Origin: Coniocarpon cinnabarinum
Taxonomy: Eukaryota
Direction of reading: 5' to 3'
NCBI GenBank assembly: GCA_051942205.1
Contig: JAVECO010000144.1
Location: 1-61,156, forward strand
DNA: 61,156 nt
The notes below the pieces were generated by a model. The model did not search any database, was not told the origin of the DNA, and was given only the letters and a program-made list of their open reading frames with translations. Below, piece after piece: positions 12,058-23,830 of the stretch. Position 1 is the first letter of the stretch. Each line of letters opens with the position of its first letter. The translations under genes were made by a program, and so were the position numbers.

Positions 12058-13487
12058 ATGGCTTCAAGCGGTTACAAGTCGGTCGCATATTTTGTCAACT
12101 GGGCCATCTACGGGCGCAACTACAACCCCCAGGATCTGCCCGCTGATAAGCTCACCCATGTCCTGTATGCGTTTGCGAACGTCAGACCGGAGTCAGGCGA
12201 GGTGTAAGTCCCTCTTTACATTCCTTTTGCGATGCCTGCTCCCCCTCGGATGCGACATGGCGTCTCTCGCTTATCGGTGAAGTCGAGTTAAAAGTGGTCA
12301 AGAGTCAGAAAACGTATCTCGTGTGACTCTGCTTACTAACCGCGCATTCCCGCTACAGGTACCTGAGTGATACTTGGTCCGATACGGACAAGCATTATCC
12401 CACGGACTCATGGGTACGTGCATAAGCCTCTTCCTGTCACTGACATACAGTAGCTCTAATACGTACCTCCTGATACCATGGAACCTAACCACTACTCCAG
12501 AACGACACCGGCACCAACGTGTATGGCTGTGTCAAACAACTCGGTTTGCTGAAGCAGTCCCACCGCTCACTCAAGGTCCTCCTCTCCATCGGCGGCTGGA
12601 CCTACTCTTCCAGCTTCGCCCAGGGTACCGCATCAGCCGCCAACATCCAGACCTTCGCCACTTCAGCGGTCACCCTCCTCAAAGACCTCGGCCTCGACGG
12701 CCTCGACATCGACTGGGAATACCCCGCCAACCCCACCGAAGCCGCCCAATACGTCGCCCTCCTCAAGGAACTGCGCACCCAACTCACCGCCTACGCCACC
12801 AGCGTCTCCCAGGACCCCAAGAACTTTTTACTGACCGTCGCCTGTCCCGCCGGCCCGGATAACTACCAGAAATACGACGTCAAGGGCATGGATCAGTATC
12901 TGGACTTCTGGAACCTGATGGCGTATGATTATGCGGGATCGTGGGATACGATTGCAGGCCATCAGGCGAATCTCTCCCCCAGCGCGACGATGCCGCAGGC
13001 GACGCCGTTTTCGACCACGGCCGCGACGCAGTTTTATCTCGGCCAAGGCGTCGCCCCCGCCAAGCTCACACTCGGGTGTCCGCTTTACGGCCGCGCCTTT
13101 GCGAACACGACGGGACCCGGGCAGCCGTTCAACGGCGTCGGCGAGGGCAGCTGGGAGAACGGCGTCTGGGACTGGAAGGCCCTGCCTCGGCCGAACGCAG
13201 CGGTGAGCGAAGACCAGTCCATCGGCGCGAGTTGGTGCTTTGATGGCGGCACGGGCCAGGGGACGATGGTGAGCTACGATACGATTCCGATTGCGCAGCA
13301 GAAGGCGAATTGGGTCAAGAGTCAGGGACTCGGCGGGGTGATGTGGTGGGAGAGTAGTGCGGACAAGGCGGGGAATGATGGGATGATTGCGGCGCAGACG
13401 GGGACGCTGGGGGGTCTGGAGAGCTCGCAGAATACGATTGCGTATCCGCAGAGCAAGTATGATAACTTGAGGAATGGGTTCAAATGA
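12058..13487 (+). CDS. GH18 chitinase, fungal subgroup A (class V); exons 12058-12203, 12359-12413, 12501-13487
   Basis: [30 protein letters not shown], catalytic DGLDIDWEY (DxxDxDxE), [14 protein letters not shown]. Two canonical introns (GTAAGT..CAG, GTACGT..CAG) restore the frame. Confidence 0.95.
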
Positions 13488-13629
13488 TTGGGAAAGATGC
13501 ATGGGATGTCACTCGTTGGATGTAGCCAGGCGGAGTGTTTGAATATGGACAATGGTTGCGTCTATGCCTGCTTACTCGTCTTCTGAGATTGTGGAATGGG
13601 AGTAAGGATTTCATTACCACCACCACTCC

Positions 13630-14871
13630 TCACCTCGCCAACCTCAGCTTCTCTCGCGGCAACTTCTTACACTCAGCACACAGCCACCGTCCCTTCGGCT
13701 CCTCCTTCAACCCCACACACTCGTAATGGAACCACTCCCGCGCACACTCCTCATTGTCACAAGCAATCATATTCCCATGGCTCGGCCCATTGCAAAAACA
13801 ATACAGCTTGTTATCATCCCCCTCGTCGTCGCCCCCCATGTTCACATCCTCGTCCTCGTCCACGATGCCATCTTTACCCCTCACGCCCGCGTCCTCTTCA
13901 GAGCCGGAAACCTCCTCCGACTCGTCGTCATCGCCTGTCGAGCTGGGCGTGCCCTTCTTACCTGCGAGCAATCTCCTAGCTTTCTTCTTGTTCTTGGATC
14001 CCCCGCCTTTGGTCGCCTTCTTCCGTAAGGATCCCTGTAAATGCGGCGCCACCTTTTTGCTGGCCGGTTTCTTCGCTCGCGGACCGACACTACCGCCGCG
14101 ACTCGACGCCCCGGGCGTCCCCGCTTTGGGCGTCCCCGTCCCAGGCCCCAGACTCGAATGGCGCGCCAGATTCGACGACGGCATCGCCAGCGTCTGATTC
14201 AGCTTGCGTCGTTTGGCCTCGGCGCCGGCGGATGCCTCGCGCGCGCCGCGTTGCGCCGTTTGCAGCAGGGGCTGCGTTTGCATCCCTGCGACTGGCGCGT
14301 TCATGTTTGCGCCGAAGGCTGCGCTGTTGACCATGCGTGCCATTGCGGCGTTGGCCACATTCGTGGAACTGCCTGCTGCGCGCACGCCGAAAGGCAGATT
14401 GGTCGTCGGCGTGTTGGCGCCTGTTGCAGCGCCCGAGTTGGGTCCTATGCGGTTTGCAGGATGCGCCGGGTTCAGCGTCGTCGGCAGCGTTTCGTCCTCG
14501 TCCAGAGCGCCCGCTATTTGCAAGTCGCGGATTTTGACGTCGAGACGCTTGACTTGGCGATCGAGCAGGACAGCTGCCTTGTTGACGAGGGCGCACTTCT
14601 CGTCTTGCAGCGCTTGGGCGCGGTCATACGCGGACATGGCTTCGTTGTGCCATGCGTCATCTTTGGGATGTTTAGCGAGCTGACCCTGCTTTTGTATGTG
14701 CTTTTGCAGGGTTAGGTCGTGATGATGGATCTGCATTCGGAGGTTGTGGAGAGCTGCGTCTTTGGCGTTTACCTCTTCGAGGAGGTGACTCAGTTCGCCA
14801 GGCAGGCCAGAGATGTCCTGAGTGAAGTTTTCCAGAATCGTTGCTGCGTCATCGTTGCTGGAGAGAGCCAT
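13630..14871 (-). CDS. YNG2: ING-family PHD-finger chromatin protein (NuA4 subunit Yng2-like)
   Basis: N-terminal ING coiled coil ([22 protein letters not shown]), basic NLS region, C-terminal [35 protein letters not shown]...WLCAEC. Confidence 0.88.
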   Translation of the reverse strand: MALSSNDDAATILENFTQDISGLPGELSHLLEEVNAKDAALHNLRMQIHHHDLTLQKHIQKQGQLAKHPKDDAWHNEAMSAYDRAQALQDEKCALVNKAAVLLDRQVKRLDVKIRDLQIAGALDEDETLPTTLNPAHPANRIGPNSGAATGANTPTTNLPFGVRAAGSSTNVANAAMARMVNSAAFGANMNAPVAGMQTQPLLQTAQRGAREASAGAEAKRRKLNQTLAMPSSNLARHSSLGPGTGTPKAGTPGASSRGGSVGPRAKKPASKKVAPHLQGSLRKKATKGGGSKNKKKARRLLAGKKGTPSSTGDDDESEEVSGSEEDAGVRGKDGIVDEDEDVNMGGDDEGDDNKLYCFCNGPSHGNMIACDNEECAREWFHYECVGLKEEPKGRWLCAECKKLPREKLRLAR

Positions 14872-15824
14872 GTTGGTCTATTCTATGCCAAAGACTCGCT
14901 TGAAGTTGACAATGACACGGAGGAAACACGTGATATTTTTGCTTAGCGAGGCGGGAATGTTGCCTGATCGTTGAGGCTACCACAGTGGCTTGCTCCTGCT
15001 TGGAGGATGACCTACCCCGGAAAATGTATGCGCTGGGACCATACGATTTATGGGGAGCTGTGTGTGATGATGCTTTGATGAAATTTGCGTGTGTATGCGC
15101 AGGGAGAAGTCGTGACGAGCAAGGTGAAGCGGAACAGCACTGAAACATTTCTAGAGCGCGAGGGCAAACAGTATCACGACATACCGTTTACAGTATACAC
15201 CACCACACCGGGTGGATGCGAAGACGGAGCCGCTGTTACACATTATTCTTACCGACAAAGTCACCTGTGCATTGATTTCATCAGGCTAGTGTTCGTTCAT
15301 GCCAAGTCGTTTCCCGATACTCAAGTTGGTTTGCAGTGTCTTGATGGTGAACCTTGAGTCCGATGACTTTGACATCTGGAAGCCTCCCTGAGCGCTCAGG
15401 GACGGCACAAGAACAAAAAGTAGCCGGTCCCTGCGAAAAAGTCGTGATAGCTGCAATTACCTACAATGCAGAGCCGTAGATTGACGCAAGCTTCGGACAT
15501 TACTACCATGGATGGAGTATGAAGCACTTCGGAGCAAGGCGCTACCAAAGTAGCTAACTACGCAAAGCTGAGTCCAGGACTCCTCTGGTTTGTCGTCATG
15601 AGACTGAGCCGTCAAAACACCCTGCATTTGCAAAGCGCACGTATTTCGCATAATCAGGTCTTATTGGCATTGACGGGCAGGGTATAAACCTTCATGAGCG
15701 CGTAAATGCGACCCACAAGCCGGCCAAGCAACAGGTCCTGCATATGCACCGAGCTGTGCTCCAGCAAGCAGATTGCTTCTGCGTATGCTGACCTCTCGTG
15801 AGAGGTTTTCGCGTCTTATCCGCC

Positions 15825-16754
15825 ATGGCAACCTTTCAGCAGCTACTTGCAAGCTATCCAAGGGCTTCCGACTATCCTCGGCCAGTTGCAGTGCCACCCA
15901 AACAGCAGCCACACAAACAGTCCTTCATCATTCTCCATGGCCGAGGCGACACTGGCGACAACTTTGGATCTATGCTCCTTGAAAAGCCCTTCCCTGACAA
16001 AGTTAGCACGCTTGCAGACGCCTTTCCACATGCGCGCTTTGTGTTTCCCACAGCAGCTCCGCGCCGTGCGACTGTAGCGGCAGGTTTGCCAGTCAGTCAG
16101 TGGTTCGATCAATACGAGATCAATCAGCAAGAAGAGCGGCAGGGGCTCCAGATCGAAGGTCTGCGAGAGACGAGTGCCTGGATTCACATCTGGATGCAAC
16201 GCGAAGTTGAGGAGGTCGGTGCAAAGAATGTTGTACTGGGCGGGTTAAGCCAGGGCGCTGCGATGAGTCTCATTGCCAACCTGCTTTGGGGGGGTCCTAA
16301 AATTGCTGGGGTAGTTGACATGTGTGGATGGCTTCCGTTGAGGCTTATTATGGCGGATCGTGCTTTGATCCGGGAACAGCTCATAGAGCTTGAAGCAACT
16401 GATATTGACCCGGGCGCTCGAGAGATCGTCAAGAGCTCGGCTTCTGATGCGGAGGACAACACGGCGCAGCACAGAGCTGTCGCCGCACTTCGCGAATACC
16501 TCGACTTAACACCAGCCAAAGAGGGTCCTCTGCCTTTTGGTAAGACGCCGGCTTTCATCGGGCATGGCTATTTCGACTTCACGGTATTTGTCAAGTTAGG
16601 AAGGCGCTCTGCAGACTTCCTAAGCACGCTTGGCGTGGATGTCACTTACCAAGAGTACGCCACTCTTGGTCATTGGTATTCGCCTGAGATGCTCAAAGAT
16701 GTTGTGACATTTGTCCATGAGAAGACCGACTGGGATGACGCTTCTCGAGCATGA
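15825..16754 (+). CDS. Phospholipase/carboxylesterase (acyl-protein thioesterase-like alpha/beta hydrolase)
   Basis: IILHGRGD, FVFPTAA, QWFD, nucleophile elbow GGLSQG, GHGYFD, LGHW. First ATG at 15825. Confidence 0.88.
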   Translation: MATFQQLLASYPRASDYPRPVAVPPKQQPHKQSFIILHGRGDTGDNFGSMLLEKPFPDKVSTLADAFPHARFVFPTAAPRRATVAAGLPVSQWFDQYEINQQEERQGLQIEGLRETSAWIHIWMQREVEEVGAKNVVLGGLSQGAAMSLIANLLWGGPKIAGVVDMCGWLPLRLIMADRALIREQLIELEATDIDPGAREIVKSSASDAEDNTAQHRAVAALREYLDLTPAKEGPLPFGKTPAFIGHGYFDFTVFVKLGRRSADFLSTLGVDVTYQEYATLGHWYSPEMLKDVVTFVHEKTDWDDASRA

Positions 16755-17010
16755 AGCGATCAAGAAACTTCCATGCCTCTTGTTCTCGCGGCAAGCCACA
16801 CAAAGTTCTTGATAGACGGAGGTACCTGACTAGACCCCACACGCGGCAGATCTGCAGCAGAGCCCGCCTCTCCGCCCCAACATGGACGCTTTCCCCGCAA
16901 TCTTATGTTCCGAGGCTGCTTTTCATCTCATCTGGGATCAGTTCCACCCTGCTTGGGTATACAATCATTTGCTTGCTCTCCGGACAATCTGTAGTCAAGT
17001 GCAATCGACC

Positions 17011-18096
17011 ATGACTGACCCGCTCAATCGAAGAGCTCTTCTCCCTCGTGAGGGTTTCCACGCTGATGTGCTTGGTGGCCTCATCCGCTCAACTCTGCTC
17101 AACCCTTTCTTGGCCGTCCCTATCTATGCTTACTTTGCATACGTCCCTCGCGGCCAGCAGATTGTCCGGGAGCGGCCCCGTGCTCTAAGATACACGCGCC
17201 TCTTAGCGATCCTTGCTGCGATACGCATGGTAAATAATTATCTCAACCGCCGTCAGCTGAACAATAACACCGCCGCAAGCTTCGAATGGACCAGAGAGAT
17301 CGCTCTGGTTACCGGTGGCTCGGACGGCATTGGCGCACGTATCGTGCATGGACTTGTAGCGAAGGGTGTCAAGGTCGTCGTGCTAGATGTACAGTCACCT
17401 ACGTACCAAGTGTCCGAGAGCGTGCGATATTATGAGTGTGACATCACATCTCCGAAGGAAGTGTCTTCCACGGCTGAACGCATCCGCGTTGAGGTCGGTC
17501 ATCCTACGATATTAGTAAACAACGCAGGCGTTTGTCGCGGCAAGACAATCCTTGACTCGACAGAAGCAGACGTCAAGCTTACCTTCGAAGTCAATGCGGT
17601 GAGCCATTATCGTCTCGCTAGAGAATTCATCCCGGAAATGGCAAAGAGAAACCACGGAATCGTTGTCACGATTGCATCTTCTGCAGCCTGGATAACGGCA
17701 CCACGCCTGACAGACTATGCGGCGTCGAAAGCTGCTGCGCTGTCTTTTCATGAGGGGCTAGCAGCAGAGCTCGTGACGCATTACGATGCACCCAAAGTCC
17801 GCTGCATTGCCGTATGCCAAGGATACACTCGCACCAGTCTCTTCCACGGGTTCGGTATCAAGAACACGTTCATTGGCCCGGCGTTGGAGGTCGATACCAT
17901 GGCGGAAGCGGTGTTGCGAAAGATTTTCAGTGGCACAAGCGGGCACATCGTGGTGCCAGAAGTCTATAATTTGGTTGCTGCAAATATTCGAGGATGGCCG
18001 TGGTGGGTGCAGGACCGCACTCGAAAGCGACTTGCGTATCTGATGAATGGATGGATGGGCCGGCAGGTTGACACAGTGGAAAGCAGGAACGGATAG
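17011..18096 (+). CDS. Short-chain dehydrogenase/reductase (17-beta-HSD11/retinol dehydrogenase-like) with N-terminal membrane segment
   Basis: TGGSDGIG, LVNNAG, catalytic YAASK. Start 17011 (ACC-ATG) preferred; an in-frame ATG also exists at 16882. Confidence 0.9.
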   Translation: MTDPLNRRALLPREGFHADVLGGLIRSTLLNPFLAVPIYAYFAYVPRGQQIVRERPRALRYTRLLAILAAIRMVNNYLNRRQLNNNTAASFEWTREIALVTGGSDGIGARIVHGLVAKGVKVVVLDVQSPTYQVSESVRYYECDITSPKEVSSTAERIRVEVGHPTILVNNAGVCRGKTILDSTEADVKLTFEVNAVSHYRLAREFIPEMAKRNHGIVVTIASSAAWITAPRLTDYAASKAAALSFHEGLAAELVTHYDAPKVRCIAVCQGYTRTSLFHGFGIKNTFIGPALEVDTMAEAVLRKIFSGTSGHIVVPEVYNLVAANIRGWPWWVQDRTRKRLAYLMNGWMGRQVDTVESRNG

Positions 18097-21000
18097 CGGC
18101 TTCTTTTTGTTGATGCTTTGATGAACCGCATGGCTGTACTAATTATTTTCGCGCTGCAATGGGCGGCGAATGAGAGGATCTATTACTTGTCGCGGCGTGG
18201 ATGGTGCTTCACGACATCGATGAAAAGCTGCAGGTCCTTCCAATTCAAGGCTTCTGAGTATGATAGTTGGTTAGCCACTCTTCGTGTTAAAGATGTAATG
18301 CAGATTTCAGAAATCAGAGAGTTGGACATGAATATGCAGTGGACGGCCTTTGCAATGCTGGACGTGCACATCAGTCGCAATTGAGTCCACCGTTCTTATC
18401 AGAGGCTTACCCCTGGCATCGAAAGGTCTTTGGTTCTCAGCGTTGTCTGAATGGATGACGCTCATACTCCCTTCTAAAAGATTCTGCTGCTACTCCTGCT
18501 GCTTGATGTGGACGGTATAATTGTTATCAGCTAATTATGGGGAATAGCAAATGCTGTGAAGTCCTTCGAGGGATACTTCGCGCATCCCAAGTACATCTCG
18601 AAATTGAGACCTTGGTGTACCCGTACGGTGATTGGCGAGCGACCATTCACTCACCGAGACATAGCCGACACTGCGTTGACTGTAGCGACACGGACATGAC
18701 CTTTTGATGACAATGGAGATATTGGCCAGCATGCATGGTGCAATGTTACTGCATGGGCGGCCAACTTGGCACTGTAGCAGGATCTTGGTGCGATCGCTGA
18801 AGTGATTTTTCCATTGGAGGGCGTATCGCCCACGCATTGACAGGAAATCTATGCCCGAGGCCAACTTCTGCCCTCAGGCGGCTGACTTCTCAGTCTGTGT
18901 GGAGGATGGACGGTCTTACTGTCAAGCAAAGTTACATTGAGATTTCAGCCTAGGGCCTATCCCATTTGCGTAGTAGTAAATACTCTGATAAGCAACAAGA
19001 CCGCCGGCATCTGCATCGGCTCGTAAGTCCAGGAACACTGGTGTTCGTTGATCAACCGTCGAACCGCTTCTCAGCCTCAAGATGAATCAAATTTTTTCTT
19101 CTCCAATCATAAGCCGCAACAGAGTCAACTTGGAGGATAGCAATAAATCACACTCACCGGAGTGGCACCGCTTGTAAAACCTAAACCAGGCTACCCATGC
19201 TTTGTTTGACTTTGAGACTTCAAGCACCGGGCCGAAAACAGGGTAAACGGATGTGCGGAGAATATTCCCTGAACCACACATCTTGACGACACTGGAACAG
19301 CCGTTGCGATGGCAGCCCCAATTTTGGCAATGGAACATTAGCAACTTCACTCAATTGAGCGGTAATAGAGATGAGTTGCGCGCGACATGGATGTACCGCT
19401 CGCGTGATTGCGTTTCAACGATGATCCTTCAGAGCCTCACAAGGTCTCGACTTCAGCTCATAAACCTGAAACGATACTATGCTGCATTGTATACCCCATC
19501 CACTCGGGTCGCCGTGTGCCGTCACTAATTTTGCGAAAACATATGCTCATCTTCGCAGCGGTAGCCACAGCTTCCGGTGGTCCAACGGTATAGCCAAAAA
19601 ATTTCCGAGAATAGTATCTGCAGAGCTTGGCACAAGGATATGAGAAAAGGGCCACGCGTCTGGCCTGTGCTTGCTGAAGATCGTCGGTGTGGGGCTTTAG
19701 GCACTCACATTTCGGGTGGCAAAAGGGAAGAGCTCGAGCTCTGAGGAGCCATGCGGGTGATGATCAGTGATAATTGCATGCATGATGAGAAGGACACACC
19801 AGCCACAAGGAGGCTGCACAGCCATCATGACATGACGCAGGGCTCTCGCTTGTGGCGCTTAGTAGCCGCGGCCATTGCCGTCGTCTAGGGCCAAAGGAAG
19901 ACCTCTCGTCTCGCCAATCATGACCTCTTCCTTCAAGCGCATCCTCCTTTTCTCATGTGCTCACTGCCGTCAAGATGTTGCCGCATCTCTGGCGCGAAAC
20001 CTTGCACGCCAGTCGCAATTTGGTGGCGCCGCTGGCTCGCACACTGGCAGCCGCTGACAGAAACACAAACGGGCGTAACGCTGTCCACGCGCTCCGGATA
20101 CGTCATGAACGACCATTGCACGCCTTGTGTTTGGAGCTGTTTGACGCTGATCTCCTCCCCAGCTTGGGCAGCGATGAGAGCACCGCACAGAATGCTGTTG
20201 CCTGCGAGCCACACGCACGTGGTCCGAGGCTCTGAATGTGAAACAAATCGGTCAAAGCCTTGACGCCATAGCAAATCACAGCGTCTCGGCATGTCAAACA
20301 TGAGGTGTGAAGCTGCAGGATCAATAAAATGCCGAGGCCCCCGGCCAATCAACGTCAGGCTCCAATAGGGCACCCGCTACACGGTGAAGAATTAGGGGCC
20401 AGCTAACCCGTGAGGATGCAGAATCGAGTATGCAATTACGTTGCGCTAAAGGGCGAGCAATGCCCTTGATCGAGATAGACGCGCGCGCGCTCCCCGAGGA
20501 ACAGCCATGAGCAGCGCGCCGGGGTCGAGGCCCACGCGGCCTCCGAGAGCACTCTGGAGTTTCATCATCGCCAGGCCGCACGCGCGCAGCATCACAGACC
20601 ACACCGAGCGGAGACGACACAGCGTGCCTGGCGGAAGGAGCACAGTCGAGAGCACGAGGTGGGGATGGTTGTGGCTGTGCTCAGGGTCGATCCATCACTG
20701 CAAGGGCCGGAGGTGTCCCTAGCGTCTTAGCGCGACGGGGGTGTCAGTGTGCAATCTGCTGCCCGGCCAATCAGCTGCCGTGGGGCGGCGCGCTAGCCCG
20801 AACGGTGAGTACCCACCCTTTCCCCCAGAACTCGTCCCTCACTCCTCGCGTTGTCTTTTATTCGGGCCCTGCGGTCAAGCCACACCTGTCCTCCTACATC
20901 CTGCACGCTGCTCAGGGTGCTCCAATTCAGTCAGAACATAAAGGTAACGCTGCGGGTGAGCGACAGCAACATTCTCCTGAGCTGAAGGTCGGGTCACGCT

Positions 21001-21143
21001 CTCTCCGGTCCCTGTTTGCCGCACTAGCACGCCTGTTTCCCCATTCTACGCGGAACCAGGGCATGCGCCTTTAGACCGCACCGCCTCACAGAAAATAATG
21101 CTCTGCGTTGCCGATCTCTCAGCTCACGCCACACCCATTGACC

Positions 21144-23830
21144 ATGTTTAATAGGTAGGCATCATCTCATTCATTAATACATCCAACCTGTTCCATGCTC
21201 TAAGTTACCAAGCTAAATCTCCAATGCTCATCTAGGCGGTTGTCGCAAAAGCCTTCGAGCGATTTCCTGTCCAATTTCAAGCGCCAGTATAGTGGTGTCT
21301 TGCCAGCGCAGCCAGAGCAAGCTCTGCAAACTGGATTGATCACTTCCCCATCCACATGTCAAACGCCCAAGCTGGCTTTCGACCCAAAGTACGTCATTTT
21401 CTTCGGTGCCCTGACTGGCACGACCCTGTTTGTGCAATCACCAAATTCTTCTTTCCTAGTCCTAGTCCTTTCACGATATGCTGACAGGTCTGTAGCCGCT
21501 TTGAGGGATATTCGGGAAGGAACAATGGGCAATTTACATCTGGAAGTCTGGAGCTCCCGAGCGAGTTCAAGACCTCCGGCTACCTCGACGCCGATGTCGA
21601 TGGATTCCACGACGTTAATCACGTCGGAGGGTTTTGGCCGCCCACGCCTCAAGGCTCTGCTCAGTTCGCCGGTGGATCTGATCCTTTCCAGCACCAGCCA
21701 GGGATCCTAGGCCTTGATACGCCCGTATCTGCTGGCACTCACTATCATGGATTCCCTCCATCACAGCATACGTTCCACACCCCTGAATTCCTACCCTCTC
21801 AGCGAGTGAATTCATTTGGCACAGCTCAGCAGCAATTCCAACCACCTCCTGGAATGGCGGCTCACGCCTTTGGTCAAGCAGCTCCTCATTTTAATCACGC
21901 GGATGTGCAGACGCATGGTTTACGTCTCAGTGATGTGAGCCTTACCCAAGGGTATGATCAACATCCACCTGCTTCTGCGACTCGCACTAGACCGCCTGCT
22001 GCACTGGAAAATTTGGGTCCGCGCTCTGTCATGGAAGCAATGAATCAGTATGTTTTCGACAATTCAGGAGCGGTGAGGTATGAGGGGAATGTCGACGCTG
22101 ACAATATCTTTAGGTTCCGTTTCCGCACGATTCTCAAAGCTCAGACTGCCATGATAAAACACCCACAAGATGTGCCAGTTACCTATCTCAACAAGAGCCA
22201 AGTTTACACCATTCGTGTCGAAGATTCTCTGCTTCGAGAGGCCGTTGTTGATCCGTCTCTCAAATATCGCACAGCCATTAGGATATCGTTTGAAGATGAC
22301 CAGCAGCGCAAGAACCCGGCGACAAGTTGGCAGCTCTGGAATGAAGGGCGCGGTACCAACGAAGCCCTCAAACGAGGGGTGAAGCCTAGGGCTGTGGAAT
22401 ACGTCAACCCAGATCAGTCTCAGACTGAAGCGCGAAGCAATCTTCACCCAGTCGTTGAAAACTTCGACGGCTTCTCGGTCATCTGGTCTCCCGCAAGCGA
22501 TGGGACCGCTAGCTGCAACATTCAATTACGGTTTAATTTTTTGTCGACAGACTTCAGTCACTCCAAGGGCGTCAAAGGAGTTCCTGTCCGTCTTTGTGCA
22601 AAGACAGAGCTATTCGAGGGCACACACTTGTTCGCTTCCAGCGCCGTCCACCGAGATATTAGCTATTGTGCTGTCAAAATATTCAGAGACCACGGTGCGG
22701 AGCGAAAATTGGCGAACGACCGAACGCACATCGACAAGCTCATTGATAAATCCACCACGCAGGCTGAGCAAGCCGATACTTGCGTAAAGGAAGGAGGCAA
22801 GCGGCGAAGAAGCGACTCGGTTCTCACCTCGAGACCGAGCAAAATTGCCAAACACAAACGTGGTTGGTCCGTCTCTTCGTCTGATTCCGGGGACGAGCAA
22901 GACCCGACTGAAGACGAAATAACCGTTCGTATTCGCTCGCTCAAGGCGATGCCTGACTCTATCCGTCCTGTGTCTGCATTCTACCTACGTGGCGACGAGC
23001 GCGACGACTTGGACACGCATCCCGTGCCACCCCTTGCAGACACGCCTCCTACGAGATCACCAGCCAGGGCTGGTCCACCTGCGCTCAAGACAGATACAGC
23101 AGCTACAACAAGCGTCTCCACTGGCACTTTTGGTTCCGAAACTCCGGCGTCGGCTTCACCTCGCTTGATGAGAGCGAAGAGTGATTTGACGGCAAATGTT
23201 CCTCACTCTTTGGAGACGACCCCTTCGCGGCCAGGCAAATCTCCTGTCAAACAAGAGGTGCATCGATCGACTCCTCAGCAGCTTGCTAGTCCTCCCTCGA
23301 GTGGCGCAATGAAGCCTAGGAAGTCCGACCAGCTTACAGTCACGGCTCCTTCTGTCCCACAAATCAAGCAGGCTCTTGATGTTGATACCACGTATCAAGC
23401 ACCTCGAGAGCGCACTCCTCAAGCTGGTAGGTTTTAACCCCTGCTTATTTTTTGACAATCATGTAGCTGACTGAGACACGCAGTTGCGGAGTTTTTCATC
23501 AAGCCCAGCTTCTCTTGGAAGCAGACACGCGACGACAATTACCGTGCCATCTATCTCTACGAACGATCTCTCCACGACCTCGTTCACGCCATCGCTTCTA
23601 AGTGTGGCATCGATCCTGCTGCGATTGTGTCTACTGTCCGCATCAACCAACAAGAACTGGTCATCACGGCCGAGGACGAAATGGTGCAACAGATGCCAGA
23701 GCGTCAAAGTTTGCTGGCCGAGCTGGACATTGCAGAAGACACGCATAACTCAGCAGCACAGTTCTTCGAGTCCCACGATGATGATTTTGAGGACATTGGC
23801 ACCAGATACAAACTCAAACTACGATATTAG
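21144..23830 (+). CDS. Grainyhead/CP2-family transcription factor; exons 21144-21154, 21236-21388, 21496-23426, 23484-23830
   Basis: CP2 DNA-binding motifs PVTYLNKSQVY, FNFLSTDFSHSKGVKGVPVRLC, VKIFRDHGAERK; C-terminal YRAIYLYERSLHDL. Three GT-AG introns give a continuous frame starting MFNRRLSQKPSSDFLSNFKRQY. Confidence 0.9.

Noticed and set aside
12828..14715. Long antisense ORFs over the chitinase and YNG2 genes (224 aa each)
   Set aside because: Shadow ORFs from high GC3 codon bias; no domain-like content.
15825..18096. Esterase plus SDR as a secondary-metabolite cluster
   Set aside because: No PKS, NRPS, terpene synthase, transporter or cluster regulator nearby.
21185..21192. AACCTGTT Grainyhead-like site in intron 1 of the CP2 gene (autoregulation)
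   Set aside because: A single 8-mer is expected by chance in a window this size.
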